Shown here in pieces: positions 41,018-50,276 of a DNA stretch of 64,000 bases. Position 1 is the stretch's first letter. Each line of letters starts with the position of its first letter. This DNA is from Alphaproteobacteria bacterium (GTDB lineage Bacteria; Pseudomonadota; Alphaproteobacteria; Methylaequorales; Methylaequoraceae): the NCBI GenBank assembly GCA_019650635.1, contig BOXE01000007.1:894-64893 (forward strand), given 5' to 3'. The notes under the pieces were generated by a model. The model made no database searches, was not told the DNA's origin, and saw nothing but the letters and a program-made list of their open reading frames with translations. The translations under genes were made by a program, and so were the position numbers.

Positions 41018-42340
41018 TTAAACCTTAACTATTGGTATATCACACCAACTTGTAGTATAGCAAGGTGAACGATAATTGGATTTCATCTGCCAAGCTGAAT
41101 TTTGATCTTTTTTGTTGTTTTCTTTGGAAAAAAAATTTTTATCACAATCTGATGATAGTCTTAGTTTACCATATCCAAATCTACCATTAATATCGTCAAT
41201 TAATTTCATTAGTATTGTTTCATTGTTCTTCACTTCCAGATTACATTTACTTTTTATCAACGATTGTTGTATAAATTTTGCATCATGAAATTCGGATAGT
41301 ATAATTCCAACCTTGCTGTAGAAATGATGATTTTTGTATATGCTTTTTAATAAATTTTCTGCAGTTTTCCAAATAACTCTTAAATCAATTGTCGGTTCAA
41401 TCAAAGTGTATGTTTTGCTATTTGCATAAAAATTTTTTTCATACCTAGAGGTTTTTAAGAATACAGTTATAACTCTGCAAAATAAATTATTTACTCTTAC
41501 TTTAGAGGCGGCTTTTTGTGTATAAACGATCAATGCACTTCTTATTGAGTCGTAACTAATCAATTTATTGCCGAATGACCTCGAAACACAAATCGATTTT
41601 TTAATAGGTACAGTGATCTGAATATAATTACATTTTGTACCTCTCAACTCGAGAACAGTTCTTTGTAGTACAACACCTTTCTCTTTTCTAATAAAATTCT
41701 CATCACACTCTTTTAAGTCATGGGCATTATTAATATTATTTTTCTTTAAAAATATTGATAATTTTTTACCGACTCCCCAAATATCCTCAACTTCTGTATT
41801 TTTCAATATATACAATAAATCATCACTTTTATTTACCTCTAAGACATTACTATAATTAAAACTTATGTTCTTATATCGCTTCTTTTTTTTAATTACTCTA
41901 TTAGTTATTTTTGCTAGTGTTTTTGTTTTAGCTATTCCTATACTAACTGGAATTCCAGTCCATTTTAATATTTTATTAGCAAGATCAATACACTTATCTT
42001 CTCTATTTTGGATTTTTTTCAAATTAAAGAATGCCTCGTCTATTGAATAAACTTCAACCTCCGAGAGATCTTCTTTTAAAATATTCATAATTCTATTTGA
42101 AATATCTCCATAGAATGAATAATTGGAAGATCGTACTGTTACTCTATTATTTAATAAGGTACTTCTAATTTTAAAAAATGGTTCTCCCATTTTTATTCCA
42201 ATTTCTTTAGCTTCATCAGAGCGAGAAATAATACAACCATCATTATTTGAAAGAACTACAACAGGTTTTCCAATTAGTCTTGGATTAAATAGTCTTTCGC
42301 AAGACACATAGAAGTTATTGCAATCTAATAAAGCTATCAT
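41018..42340 (-). CDS. umuC: Y-family translesion DNA polymerase, UmuC subunit
   Basis: MIALLDCNNFYVSCERLFNP...VVVLSNNDGC..., SIDEAF; 440 aa. Confidence 0.85.
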   Translation of the reverse strand: MIALLDCNNFYVSCERLFNPRLIGKPVVVLSNNDGCIISRSDEAKEIGIKMGEPFFKIRSTLLNNRVTVRSSNYSFYGDISNRIMNILKEDLSEVEVYSIDEAFFNLKKIQNREDKCIDLANKILKWTGIPVSIGIAKTKTLAKITNRVIKKKKRYKNISFNYSNVLEVNKSDDLLYILKNTEVEDIWGVGKKLSIFLKKNNINNAHDLKECDENFIRKEKGVVLQRTVLELRGTKCNYIQITVPIKKSICVSRSFGNKLISYDSIRSALIVYTQKAASKVRVNNLFCRVITVFLKTSRYEKNFYANSKTYTLIEPTIDLRVIWKTAENLLKSIYKNHHFYSKVGIILSEFHDAKFIQQSLIKSKCNLEVKNNETILMKLIDDINGRFGYGKLRLSSDCDKNFFSKENNKKDQNSAWQMKSNYRSPCYTTSWCDIPIVKV

Positions 42341-42344
42341 AATT

Positions 42345-42749
42345 TTAACTTAAACTGTGTATCACATAAGTAACAACGCCCCATATAACAGTATCTCTGT
42401 TTGAATTTAACTTTATATTTGGATAATTACTATTTTCAGATTTTAAGTAATAGTTTTTTGATTGATCTTTCATCAGCTTTTTTATTACTAACTCTCCATC
42501 TATCGACACTATAACTATTGATTGTCTTTTGGGGTCTAGTGATCTATCTACAATCAATATGTCATTATCAAAGATACCTACATTAATCATAGAGTCACCA
42601 GATACTCTTACAAAGAAAGAAGATTCTTTGTTTTTAATTAAATAACTATTTAAATTTAATTTTTCCTCAACATAATTTTCTGCGGGCGAAGGAAAACCTG
42701 CTGACGCACTAATCAATTTTACTTTGTTTTTCACTAAATTTTTCCTCAT
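42345..42749 (-). CDS. umuD: UmuD (S24 LexA-like self-cleaving peptidase)
   Basis: SAGFPSPAENY cleavage region, SGDSM Ser nucleophile, VIKKL Lys; aligns along its length with E. coli UmuD. Confidence 0.8.
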   Translation of the reverse strand: MRKNLVKNKVKLISASAGFPSPAENYVEEKLNLNSYLIKNKESSFFVRVSGDSMINVGIFDNDILIVDRSLDPKRQSIVIVSIDGELVIKKLMKDQSKNYYLKSENSNYPNIKLNSNRDTVIWGVVTYVIHSLS

Positions 42750-42761
42750 ATTTCATTATAA

Positions 42762-42776
42762 GAACAAAAGTAGAAC
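42762..42776. promoter_or_regulatory. Alphaproteobacterial-type LexA (SOS) box GAAC-N7-GAAC (GTTCTACTTTTGTTC on the umuD strand)
   Basis: Exact direct-repeat tetramers with a 7-nt spacer, 13 nt upstream of the umuD ATG. Confidence 0.7.
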
Positions 42777-42783
42777 TTTCAAG

Positions 42784-44376
42784 TTAATTAATTAAGTCTT
42801 TTATGTATTTTAATGAACAAACCTGAGATATTGGTTTATCCCAACGAATTCTTGAAAATCTAGGAAACCTCAGAGCCACCCCTGATTTGTGTCTTGATGA
42901 ATAATTAATATTGTCAAAGGATACTTCAACTACTAATCCAGGCTTTAAGGATCTAACAGGACCAAATCTTTCAACTGTGTTGTTTCTAACCCAACGATCT
43001 AAACTTTTGAGCTCATCATTTGTATACCCTGAATATGCTTTTCCAACTGGAACAAGTTTAGTAAATTGTTCGTCAATCCAGCAACCAAAAGTAAAGTCTG
43101 AGTAAAATGAAGATCTTTTACCGTGACCACGTTGTGCATACATAATAATGAAATCAACAGAAAAAGGATTTCTTTTCCATTTATACCAACCGTCAACAAC
43201 TCTACCTTTTTTATATAGGCTAGTCTTTTTTTTAATTATCACACCTTCAATATGGTTGTTAAGGGATGTTTCTTTGATATTTTGTAATTGATCCCAACTT
43301 GAAAATTTAATTAAAGATGATGTCGAAATATTACTAAATTTACAAATATTAATAAATCTATTGAGATATTTTTTTCTTTCAATTAAAGATAACGCTCTAC
43401 AATCAACACTAGTATAAAAAAGTATATCATATGCAATAAAATGAATTGGATAATCTTCAATAAGTTTTTTAGAAGGATTTTTCCTACCAATTCTTTTTTG
43501 AAGATGATTGAAAGATAAAACTTTGTTATTTTTTTTTACAACTATTTCTCCATCAACAACAAAATAACCTTTAATAAATGTGTTAATATCACAGAATGAA
43601 TTAGTAATGTCTTCTCCATTCCTTGAAAAAATTTTCCCATCTTCTGAAAATATTATTTGGGCTCGAATACCGTCCCATTTAAATTCTGCAATATAATCAT
43701 CTGTTTTATAACTTTTAAATTCATTAGAATTGTAATTATTTGCTAACATAAAAGAATTAAATAATTTTTTTCTATTGATGTATTTTGGAAGTTCTTTTCC
43801 GTCCAACCATTCAAATAAGTCAGTACATGGTAATTTAAAACCGTGCCAAAACTCTTCTATTTCTGATTTCTCTCTGACACCAGACAATTTTAACGCTTCT
43901 TTAATCAATCCATTTGAAACACCTACTCTTAAACCTCCGGTTAAAATTTTAATTATAGTATATCTTTGATTTTCAGATGACCGATCTAGAAAATATTTAA
44001 GTTTAGTCTTAAGCTTATTTTTGTGATCAAAATTTGAAAAAATTTCCATAAATTCATGAAGATTTATTTTTGTATTCTTTTCATTATTACTTTCCCACAG
44101 CAAGGAGATCGTTTCAGCAAGATCACCTACATAGTCATAGGAAAATCTAAATAAATCTTCATCAGAATTTTCGATGATCAATTCTTTTAATTCTTTGACA
44201 CTTACAAATTTCCTGTCCATTCGATTTGTTAAAATGCAAAAAGCCCAACCTTTGTCTTTAATATTTGATTTGCAAAAAAAATTTTTTAACAAGTCTATTT
44301 TTTTTTTTCTAGATGGACTCAAAATTAAGTCATTCAATAATTCTGCAAAGTCATTCATTCTCGTCTTCGAATCCAA
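42784..44376 (-). CDS. ATP-dependent DNA ligase (ligase-associated DNA damage response module)
   Basis: Adenylation motif I EFKWDGIR; 530 aa; overlaps the upstream MBL nuclease gene. Confidence 0.9.
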   Translation of the reverse strand: MDSKTRMNDFAELLNDLILSPSRKKKIDLLKNFFCKSNIKDKGWAFCILTNRMDRKFVSVKELKELIIENSDEDLFRFSYDYVGDLAETISLLWESNNEKNTKINLHEFMEIFSNFDHKNKLKTKLKYFLDRSSENQRYTIIKILTGGLRVGVSNGLIKEALKLSGVREKSEIEEFWHGFKLPCTDLFEWLDGKELPKYINRKKLFNSFMLANNYNSNEFKSYKTDDYIAEFKWDGIRAQIIFSEDGKIFSRNGEDITNSFCDINTFIKGYFVVDGEIVVKKNNKVLSFNHLQKRIGRKNPSKKLIEDYPIHFIAYDILFYTSVDCRALSLIERKKYLNRFINICKFSNISTSSLIKFSSWDQLQNIKETSLNNHIEGVIIKKKTSLYKKGRVVDGWYKWKRNPFSVDFIIMYAQRGHGKRSSFYSDFTFGCWIDEQFTKLVPVGKAYSGYTNDELKSLDRWVRNNTVERFGPVRSLKPGLVVEVSFDNINYSSRHKSGVALRFPRFSRIRWDKPISQVCSLKYIKDLIN

Positions 44377-45361
44377 TTAAATTTAATGCACTACTTTTAA
44401 AATTTTTCTTTGTTAAATAATGAACTAAAGCTTCTTCTCTTCCATGAGTCACCAATACTTCATTTGGATTAACGTCGTTTACTGTTTTTAAGATTTCACC
44501 CCAATCAGCATGATCAGATAATATTAATGGAAGTTCTATATTTTTTTGCTTAACTCTTTGTCTTATTCTCATCCATCCGGAAGCATAACCTTTTACTACA
44601 TTTTTAAATTTTTGCGACCATTTATCGTTTAATGAAGAAGGAGGACAAAGAACTAACTTATTGGCATATTCAGATCTTGAACATTCAGAAATATTAGAAA
44701 TATTCCCTAATTTAATGTTATTCTTTGAATAAAAGTCTGATATTTTTGTTAATGCACCATGTAAATAGATTGTCTCATCATAACCAAGATCCCTCAATAA
44801 AGTTATTAGTCTTTGGCATTTACCTAAAGCATATACTCCAACTAGATGAGTTTTATTTACGTTCGCTTTAATTGATTTAATTAATTTTTTAACCTCATCT
44901 TGATCATTTGGATGATTAAAAATTGGAAGTCCAAAAGTCGCTTCGGTAATAAATGTATCACATTCTAAAGGTTCATAGCTTAAACAAGTTTTATCTTTTG
45001 TTCTTTTATAATCTCCACTAATCAAAAGTCTATAACCATTATAATTTATTAAAAACTGAATACTACCAAGAATATGACCAGCTGGATGAATTTGAACAGT
45101 TACATCGTTAATTTTAATTTTCTCATCAAAACGTGCAATTTGAAAGTCTGAACAATAACTTTCTCCATACCTTAAATGCATTAATTCTATAGTTTCCTTA
45201 GAGGAAAAAATGGATTTATTATTTGGTCGTGCGTGGTCTGTATGAGCATGAGTAATTAATGCTTTTTCTACAGGAAAAACAGGATCAATGAAAAAATTTC
45301 CTGGAACACAATAAAGACCTTCTCTTTTTTTTTTTAACCAATTAATATTTGTTTTTCTCAT
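44351..45361 (-). CDS. Ligase-associated metallo-beta-lactamase-fold exonuclease
   Basis: ITHAHTDHA (HxHxDH) motif; 336 aa; genomic association with the ligase and Lhr-like helicase. Confidence 0.8.
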   Translation of the reverse strand: MRKTNINWLKKKREGLYCVPGNFFIDPVFPVEKALITHAHTDHARPNNKSIFSSKETIELMHLRYGESYCSDFQIARFDEKIKINDVTVQIHPAGHILGSIQFLINYNGYRLLISGDYKRTKDKTCLSYEPLECDTFITEATFGLPIFNHPNDQDEVKKLIKSIKANVNKTHLVGVYALGKCQRLITLLRDLGYDETIYLHGALTKISDFYSKNNIKLGNISNISECSRSEYANKLVLCPPSSLNDKWSQKFKNVVKGYASGWMRIRQRVKQKNIELPLILSDHADWGEILKTVNDVNPNEVLVTHGREEALVHYLTKKNFKSSALNLIGFEDENE

Positions 45362-45388
45362 ACCATATTATAGTTATTACTTTTTTAG

Positions 45389-47711
45389 ATGAATAAAATT
45401 AATTTACCAGATAAGTTTCATTTCTTTTTAAAAAAAAGAGGGTGGACTTTATTTAATTACCAAAAAGATTTTATAGAAGAAGTTCAAAATAATGTTTTTA
45501 AAAGATATCTTATATCTTCTGATACAGGGACCGGAAAAACAATTACATTATTTCTTCCCTTACTAATTGATCACCTCGAAAAAAAAAAAATCTAAAATAA
45601 TTTATATTTCTCCACTTAAGTCAATAATTTCAGATTTATTTGAAAATTTAAACAAAATAGTCTCAGATTTGAACATTAAAATAAGAGTTGGCAAACGAAC
45701 AGGGGATGATTCTTATATTTACAAAAAAAAACAAATTGAAAATCCTGAGGAAATTCTTCTTACAACACCTGAATCACTTGCATTAATGATTACAAGAAAA
45801 GAAGTTGATCAAATTTTTAAAAGTACGACATATCTTGCAATAGACGAATTAAACGAAATAATAAATACTAAGCGTGGCGATCAACTTGCTTTAGCTATTT
45901 CTCAAATAATCAATGTCAATAAAAAAATAAGAATTTTTGCGTCCTCAACAAATATTCAAAATTTTAAATACCTATCGAATTGGGTTTCATTTAAAAAAAA
46001 AACAAAGATTATTAACAATAAATTCTTAAAGAAAATAAAAGTAGATATCCTTGTTTTAAAGAATATGCCAGACTATGGACATTCTGTGGATCATGCCTTA
46101 AGTGAAATTTACGATATTATAAAAAATAAAAAAACAATAATTTTCGTTAATACAAGAGCTCAATGCGAAATACTTTATAAAAATCTTTTCTTAGCTTATC
46201 CAGATTTAAAAATAGGAATTTATCATGGTTCACTTTCTAAAAATATAAGAATGGAAACCGAAAAAAAATTTAAAGTTGGTGATATTAACTGTGTTGTTAG
46301 TACTTCATCATTAGAAATGGGTATAGATTGGAAAAATATAGATAAAATAATAAATATCGGTGCACCAAAAAGCGTTAATAAAATAATACAAAGAACAGGG
46401 AGATCGAATCACCAATATAACTCTATTTCTGAGTCATTATTAATTCCAACTAACAAATTTGAATATTTAGAGTGTGTGGCACTAAAACAATTAATTTTTT
46501 CCAAGAAATATGACCGTGTCTTAGAGAAAAACGGAGCAAAGGATGTTCTATGTCAACACCTTCTTCTAATATCGTGTCATTCAAGTTTTTCGGAAGATAA
46601 AGTTTTTGAAATAGTTAAGAGCACATTTCCTTATAAAAATTTATCTAAAGAGGATTTTCATGAAATTTTGTCATTTATTCATCATGGTGGCTATGCTCTT
46701 CAAAATTGTAAAGATATTAAAAAATTAAAGAAACTAAATAATGGTAAATTTATAATTAAGGACGAGCATAGTAAGAGAAATATTCTTATGAATGCAGGAA
46801 CAATTATTGATTCCAGCAACATAAAAATAAAAACATTAAAAGGCAAAGTCCTTGGGACGGTCGAGGAATCATTTTTAAATTCGATTAAAGAAAAAGATAC
46901 TTTTATTTTTGCTGGTTTAACTTTGGTGTGCTTAAAAATTAAAAATGATGAGATAATAGTTATTTCAAAAACAAAAAAATCGGAAAAAGTACCTGTTTAC
47001 TGGGGGGGAAGCATGCCATTAAAATCCAATTTGTCTGAAGAAATTTTAAGAATTCTTCAAGATAAGCAATTCTCTAAATTTCCCAATGAAATTAGAAAGT
47101 TTTTACTTAAACAAAAAAAAATGTCTGAAATTCCAACAAAAAATAAAATTTTAATTGAAAAATTTCCTTATCAATCTGGAGAATATATTTTCTTCCATAC
47201 ATTTTTAGGGAGAGAAACAAACCAAACTTTAACAAACTTTTTAATAGATTATTTGAATGAAAAAAAAATTTTTACAATTAATTATATATTAAATGATTAT
47301 TCCTTTGGTTTGTTTTTTAATGGAAAAATAAATATTCAAAAAGAAGATTTGATTTTTTTTTTTAAAAAAGAATTTAATAATGTTAATTTTTTAAATACTG
47401 CATTAGCTAAAAGAATTTTTAAAGAAATTGCTTTGATTAGCGGTTTAGTGCTGAAAAATAATATTTATACCAAAACAAGAAAAAACTTCATCAATTGTGA
47501 TTTAATATTTGATACTTTGATGAAATATGAACCAAATCACATAATCCTTAAAATAACAGCTGAGGAAATTAACAATTATTTTATACAATCAAGTCAGATT
47601 TATAAGATTAAAAATTTGAATTTTTTTTTTAAAAGACTCTCTGAAGTGTCTGAATTTTCAAAATCATTAATAATGGAAAAAGAAAAAACCAAAGCGAATG
47701 AAATTTTATAA
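45389..47711 (+). CDS. Ligase-associated Lhr-like DExH-box helicase, frame break in the A12 tract 45579-45590
   Basis: SSDTGTGKT Walker A, AIDELNEI box II, helicase C motifs (TSSLEMGID, QRTGRS); ORFs 45389..45595 and 45567..47711 join across the poly(A) run. Confidence 0.85.
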
Positions 47712-48394
47712 TGCAAAATAATTTAAAAAAAAAAATTTTAAATTATGATATTTATTTTGACAAAACAGGTGTTCTATTCATCGAGCAAACTAAAACGATA
47801 GTTTTAGCTGATCTCCATTTTGGCAAAGCTAAATCTTTAAATATCAGTGGATTCCAAATTCCACCTTATGATATTAAAGAGACATTGTATAAACTAAAAA
47901 AAGTTATTGAAATTTATAATCCGAACAGAATTATAACTTTGGGCGATAATTTTCATGATAAATTTTCAATTTTAAATATGAATAACCAAGAAATAGTAGA
48001 GTTAAACAAAATTACTGAAACAGTTGATTTTAAATGGGTTACAGGAAATCACGATAAAAAACTTTTGAGTAAAGACAAGATTGGAGGCAAATTTTTTAAT
48101 AGTTTTCAGGACAATGATTTAACTTTTAAGCACATTAAAAGCAAAAATAATTCAAAGGATATTTTTGAATTTTCTGGACATTTTCATCCCAAAACAATTA
48201 TAAAAATTAATAACTCTTCATATTCATACAAGTGTTTTGTAGTTTCAAGAGATTTTTGTATTCTACCCTCTTTCGGTCATTTCACTGGAGGAATAGATGT
48301 TAAATCGAAAGTTTTTTCTGATATTATCGATAAAAATACCTTTTTAATAATACTTGGTAAAACCAAAATAGCACAACAGAAAGTTATAAAATGA
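47711..48394 (+). CDS. pdeM: Ligase-associated metallophosphoesterase (PdeM-like)
   Basis: ADLHFGK, LGDNFHD, GNHD and GHFHP motifs; the start is immediately adjacent to (at most 1 nt overlap with) the helicase stop at 47711. Confidence 0.8.
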   Translation: MQNNLKKKILNYDIYFDKTGVLFIEQTKTIVLADLHFGKAKSLNISGFQIPPYDIKETLYKLKKVIEIYNPNRIITLGDNFHDKFSILNMNNQEIVELNKITETVDFKWVTGNHDKKLLSKDKIGGKFFNSFQDNDLTFKHIKSKNNSKDIFEFSGHFHPKTIIKINNSSYSYKCFVVSRDFCILPSFGHFTGGIDVKSKVFSDIIDKNTFLIILGKTKIAQQKVIK

Positions 48395-49086
48395 TACCTT
48401 TAAAAGACGACAATCCAACAAAAAATAAAACACACATAAGGTCTCTAATATTAATTTTATGTTCAATTGTATTTTTTATTCAATTGTCTTTAGAAAATTC
48501 AAATTATTTTACCTATTATTTTGGTTTTAAGCCAAAATCTTTCTTTTTAGGTTCAGATTTACCTTTTCTTTTACCTACATTTACCCTAATAACCTCTATT
48601 TTTATGCATGGTGGTTGGATGCATTTTTTAGGTAATATGCTCTATCTTTGGATTTTTGCAGATAATGTTGAAGATAAAATGGGGTCCAAAAAATTTATAT
48701 TGTTTTATATCTTATCTGGTGTTGTTGCTTCTATAAGTCATGGATTATTGGACATAAACTCGAATATTCCATTAATAGGAGCTTCCGGAGCAATCGCAGG
48801 AGTTCTCGGTGCTTATCTTCATTTATTTCCAAAAGCAAAGGTTCTTGTTTTAATCCCTTTTTTTATTTTTTTTACGATTAGAGTCCCAGCTTTTATACTT
48901 TTGATTTTTTGGTTTTTATTTCAATTTCTTAATCTTGGTAATCAAGAATCCAATGTTGCATGGGTTGCTCATATTGGTGGTTTTGTATTTGGATTGTTTT
49001 ATTCATATATTTTCAATAATAAAATTAAAAAAACTATCACTAAAAAAGGAAAATCAGTTTTTTTAAAAAGAGGCCCTTGGGATTAA
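48391..49086 (+). CDS. Rhomboid-family intramembrane serine protease
   Basis: GASGAIAGVLGAY (catalytic Ser) and HIGGFVFG (catalytic His); 6-7 TM. Confidence 0.85.
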   Translation: MIPLKDDNPTKNKTHIRSLILILCSIVFFIQLSLENSNYFTYYFGFKPKSFFLGSDLPFLLPTFTLITSIFMHGGWMHFLGNMLYLWIFADNVEDKMGSKKFILFYILSGVVASISHGLLDINSNIPLIGASGAIAGVLGAYLHLFPKAKVLVLIPFFIFFTIRVPAFILLIFWFLFQFLNLGNQESNVAWVAHIGGFVFGLFYSYIFNNKIKKTITKKGKSVFLKRGPWD

Positions 49087-50234
49087 TTTATTCCAAAGAA
49101 TTTTAAAATTTCGTTTCTATGCTCATCTAAATTTGGTGCTAACTTTATTTGTGGCTTATCTTTAACAAAATCAAAATTGAATGGAGTGTGAGCAATCTTT
49201 AATTTACCGAGTTTCTCCGGATAGTCAGAAATCATTTTTCTATGTAATATTTGTTTATTACGCGTTATCTCGCTGACTGAATTAATTTTTGCACATGGTA
49301 TTTTATTGATTGTTAATTTCTTGATCCAAAATGACGTTTTATTTTTCTTAAAAATTAACTCTAATTCCTTTTTAAAATTATTAAGATTATCATTTCTTTT
49401 TTTATTAGTAGAATATTTCTCAGCTAATTTTTTATTTTTTAAAACATTACAAAATTTTTCAAATAATCTATCATTTCCAATTGCCAGAACTAATAGCCCA
49501 TCTTTTGTTTTAAAAGCACCAAATGGTGAAATTGATGGGTGATCAGTTCCTAATGGTTTAGGATTTCTTCCTTCGATTGAATATCTAGCAACTGCATTTT
49601 CTAAAATTGAAACCTGACAATCTAACATACTTAAATCTAGTTTAGAGCCAGAATTTGTTTTATTTCGTCTAATTAATTGACTTAATATTCCAATAACTGC
49701 AAATAAACTAGCAGTAATATCTCCGATAGAAGTCCCAACTCTTACTAAATTTTCTTCATCCTTTCCAGTAATACTCATTAACCCTCCCATGGCTTGAACA
49801 ATTATATCATAAGCTGGAAGGTCTTTAAGTGGACCCGTTTCTCCAAATCCAGAAATTTTACTGTAAATTAATCTTGGATATTTCTTGGACAAATATTTCC
49901 AAGAAAAACCGAGTTTTTCTAGAGTTTCAGGCTTAAAGTTATCTATGAGAACATCTGATTTAGATAGAATTTTCTCAAAAATTTGCTTTTCCTTTTTTTT
50001 TTTTAAATCTAAACAAATACTTTTTTTCCCTCTGTTTAACGAAATAAAGTATCCAGATTTTCCATTTGCAAAAGGGCCATAACCTCTTGAATCGTCCCCA
50101 CCAGGTTTTTCTATTTTGATTACCTTAGCTCCCAAATCAGACAATATTAAGGTAGCAAACGGACCTGATAACACATTTGTTAAGTCCAATACTAATATTC
50201 CATCTAAGGGTAAGTTATTTTTTTTTTTTTCCAA
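49083..50234 (-). CDS. Family III CoA-transferase (CaiB/BaiF)
   Basis: LDGILVLDLTNVLSGPFATLILSDLGAKVIKIE N-terminus typical of the family. Confidence 0.85.
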   Translation of the reverse strand: MEKKKNNLPLDGILVLDLTNVLSGPFATLILSDLGAKVIKIEKPGGDDSRGYGPFANGKSGYFISLNRGKKSICLDLKKKKEKQIFEKILSKSDVLIDNFKPETLEKLGFSWKYLSKKYPRLIYSKISGFGETGPLKDLPAYDIIVQAMGGLMSITGKDEENLVRVGTSIGDITASLFAVIGILSQLIRRNKTNSGSKLDLSMLDCQVSILENAVARYSIEGRNPKPLGTDHPSISPFGAFKTKDGLLVLAIGNDRLFEKFCNVLKNKKLAEKYSTNKKRNDNLNNFKKELELIFKKNKTSFWIKKLTINKIPCAKINSVSEITRNKQILHRKMISDYPEKLGKLKIAHTPFNFDFVKDKPQIKLAPNLDEHRNEILKFFGIN

Positions 50235-50276
50235 TAAAGTACTTGAGATTTTGATTTAATATCATCAAAATAAATC

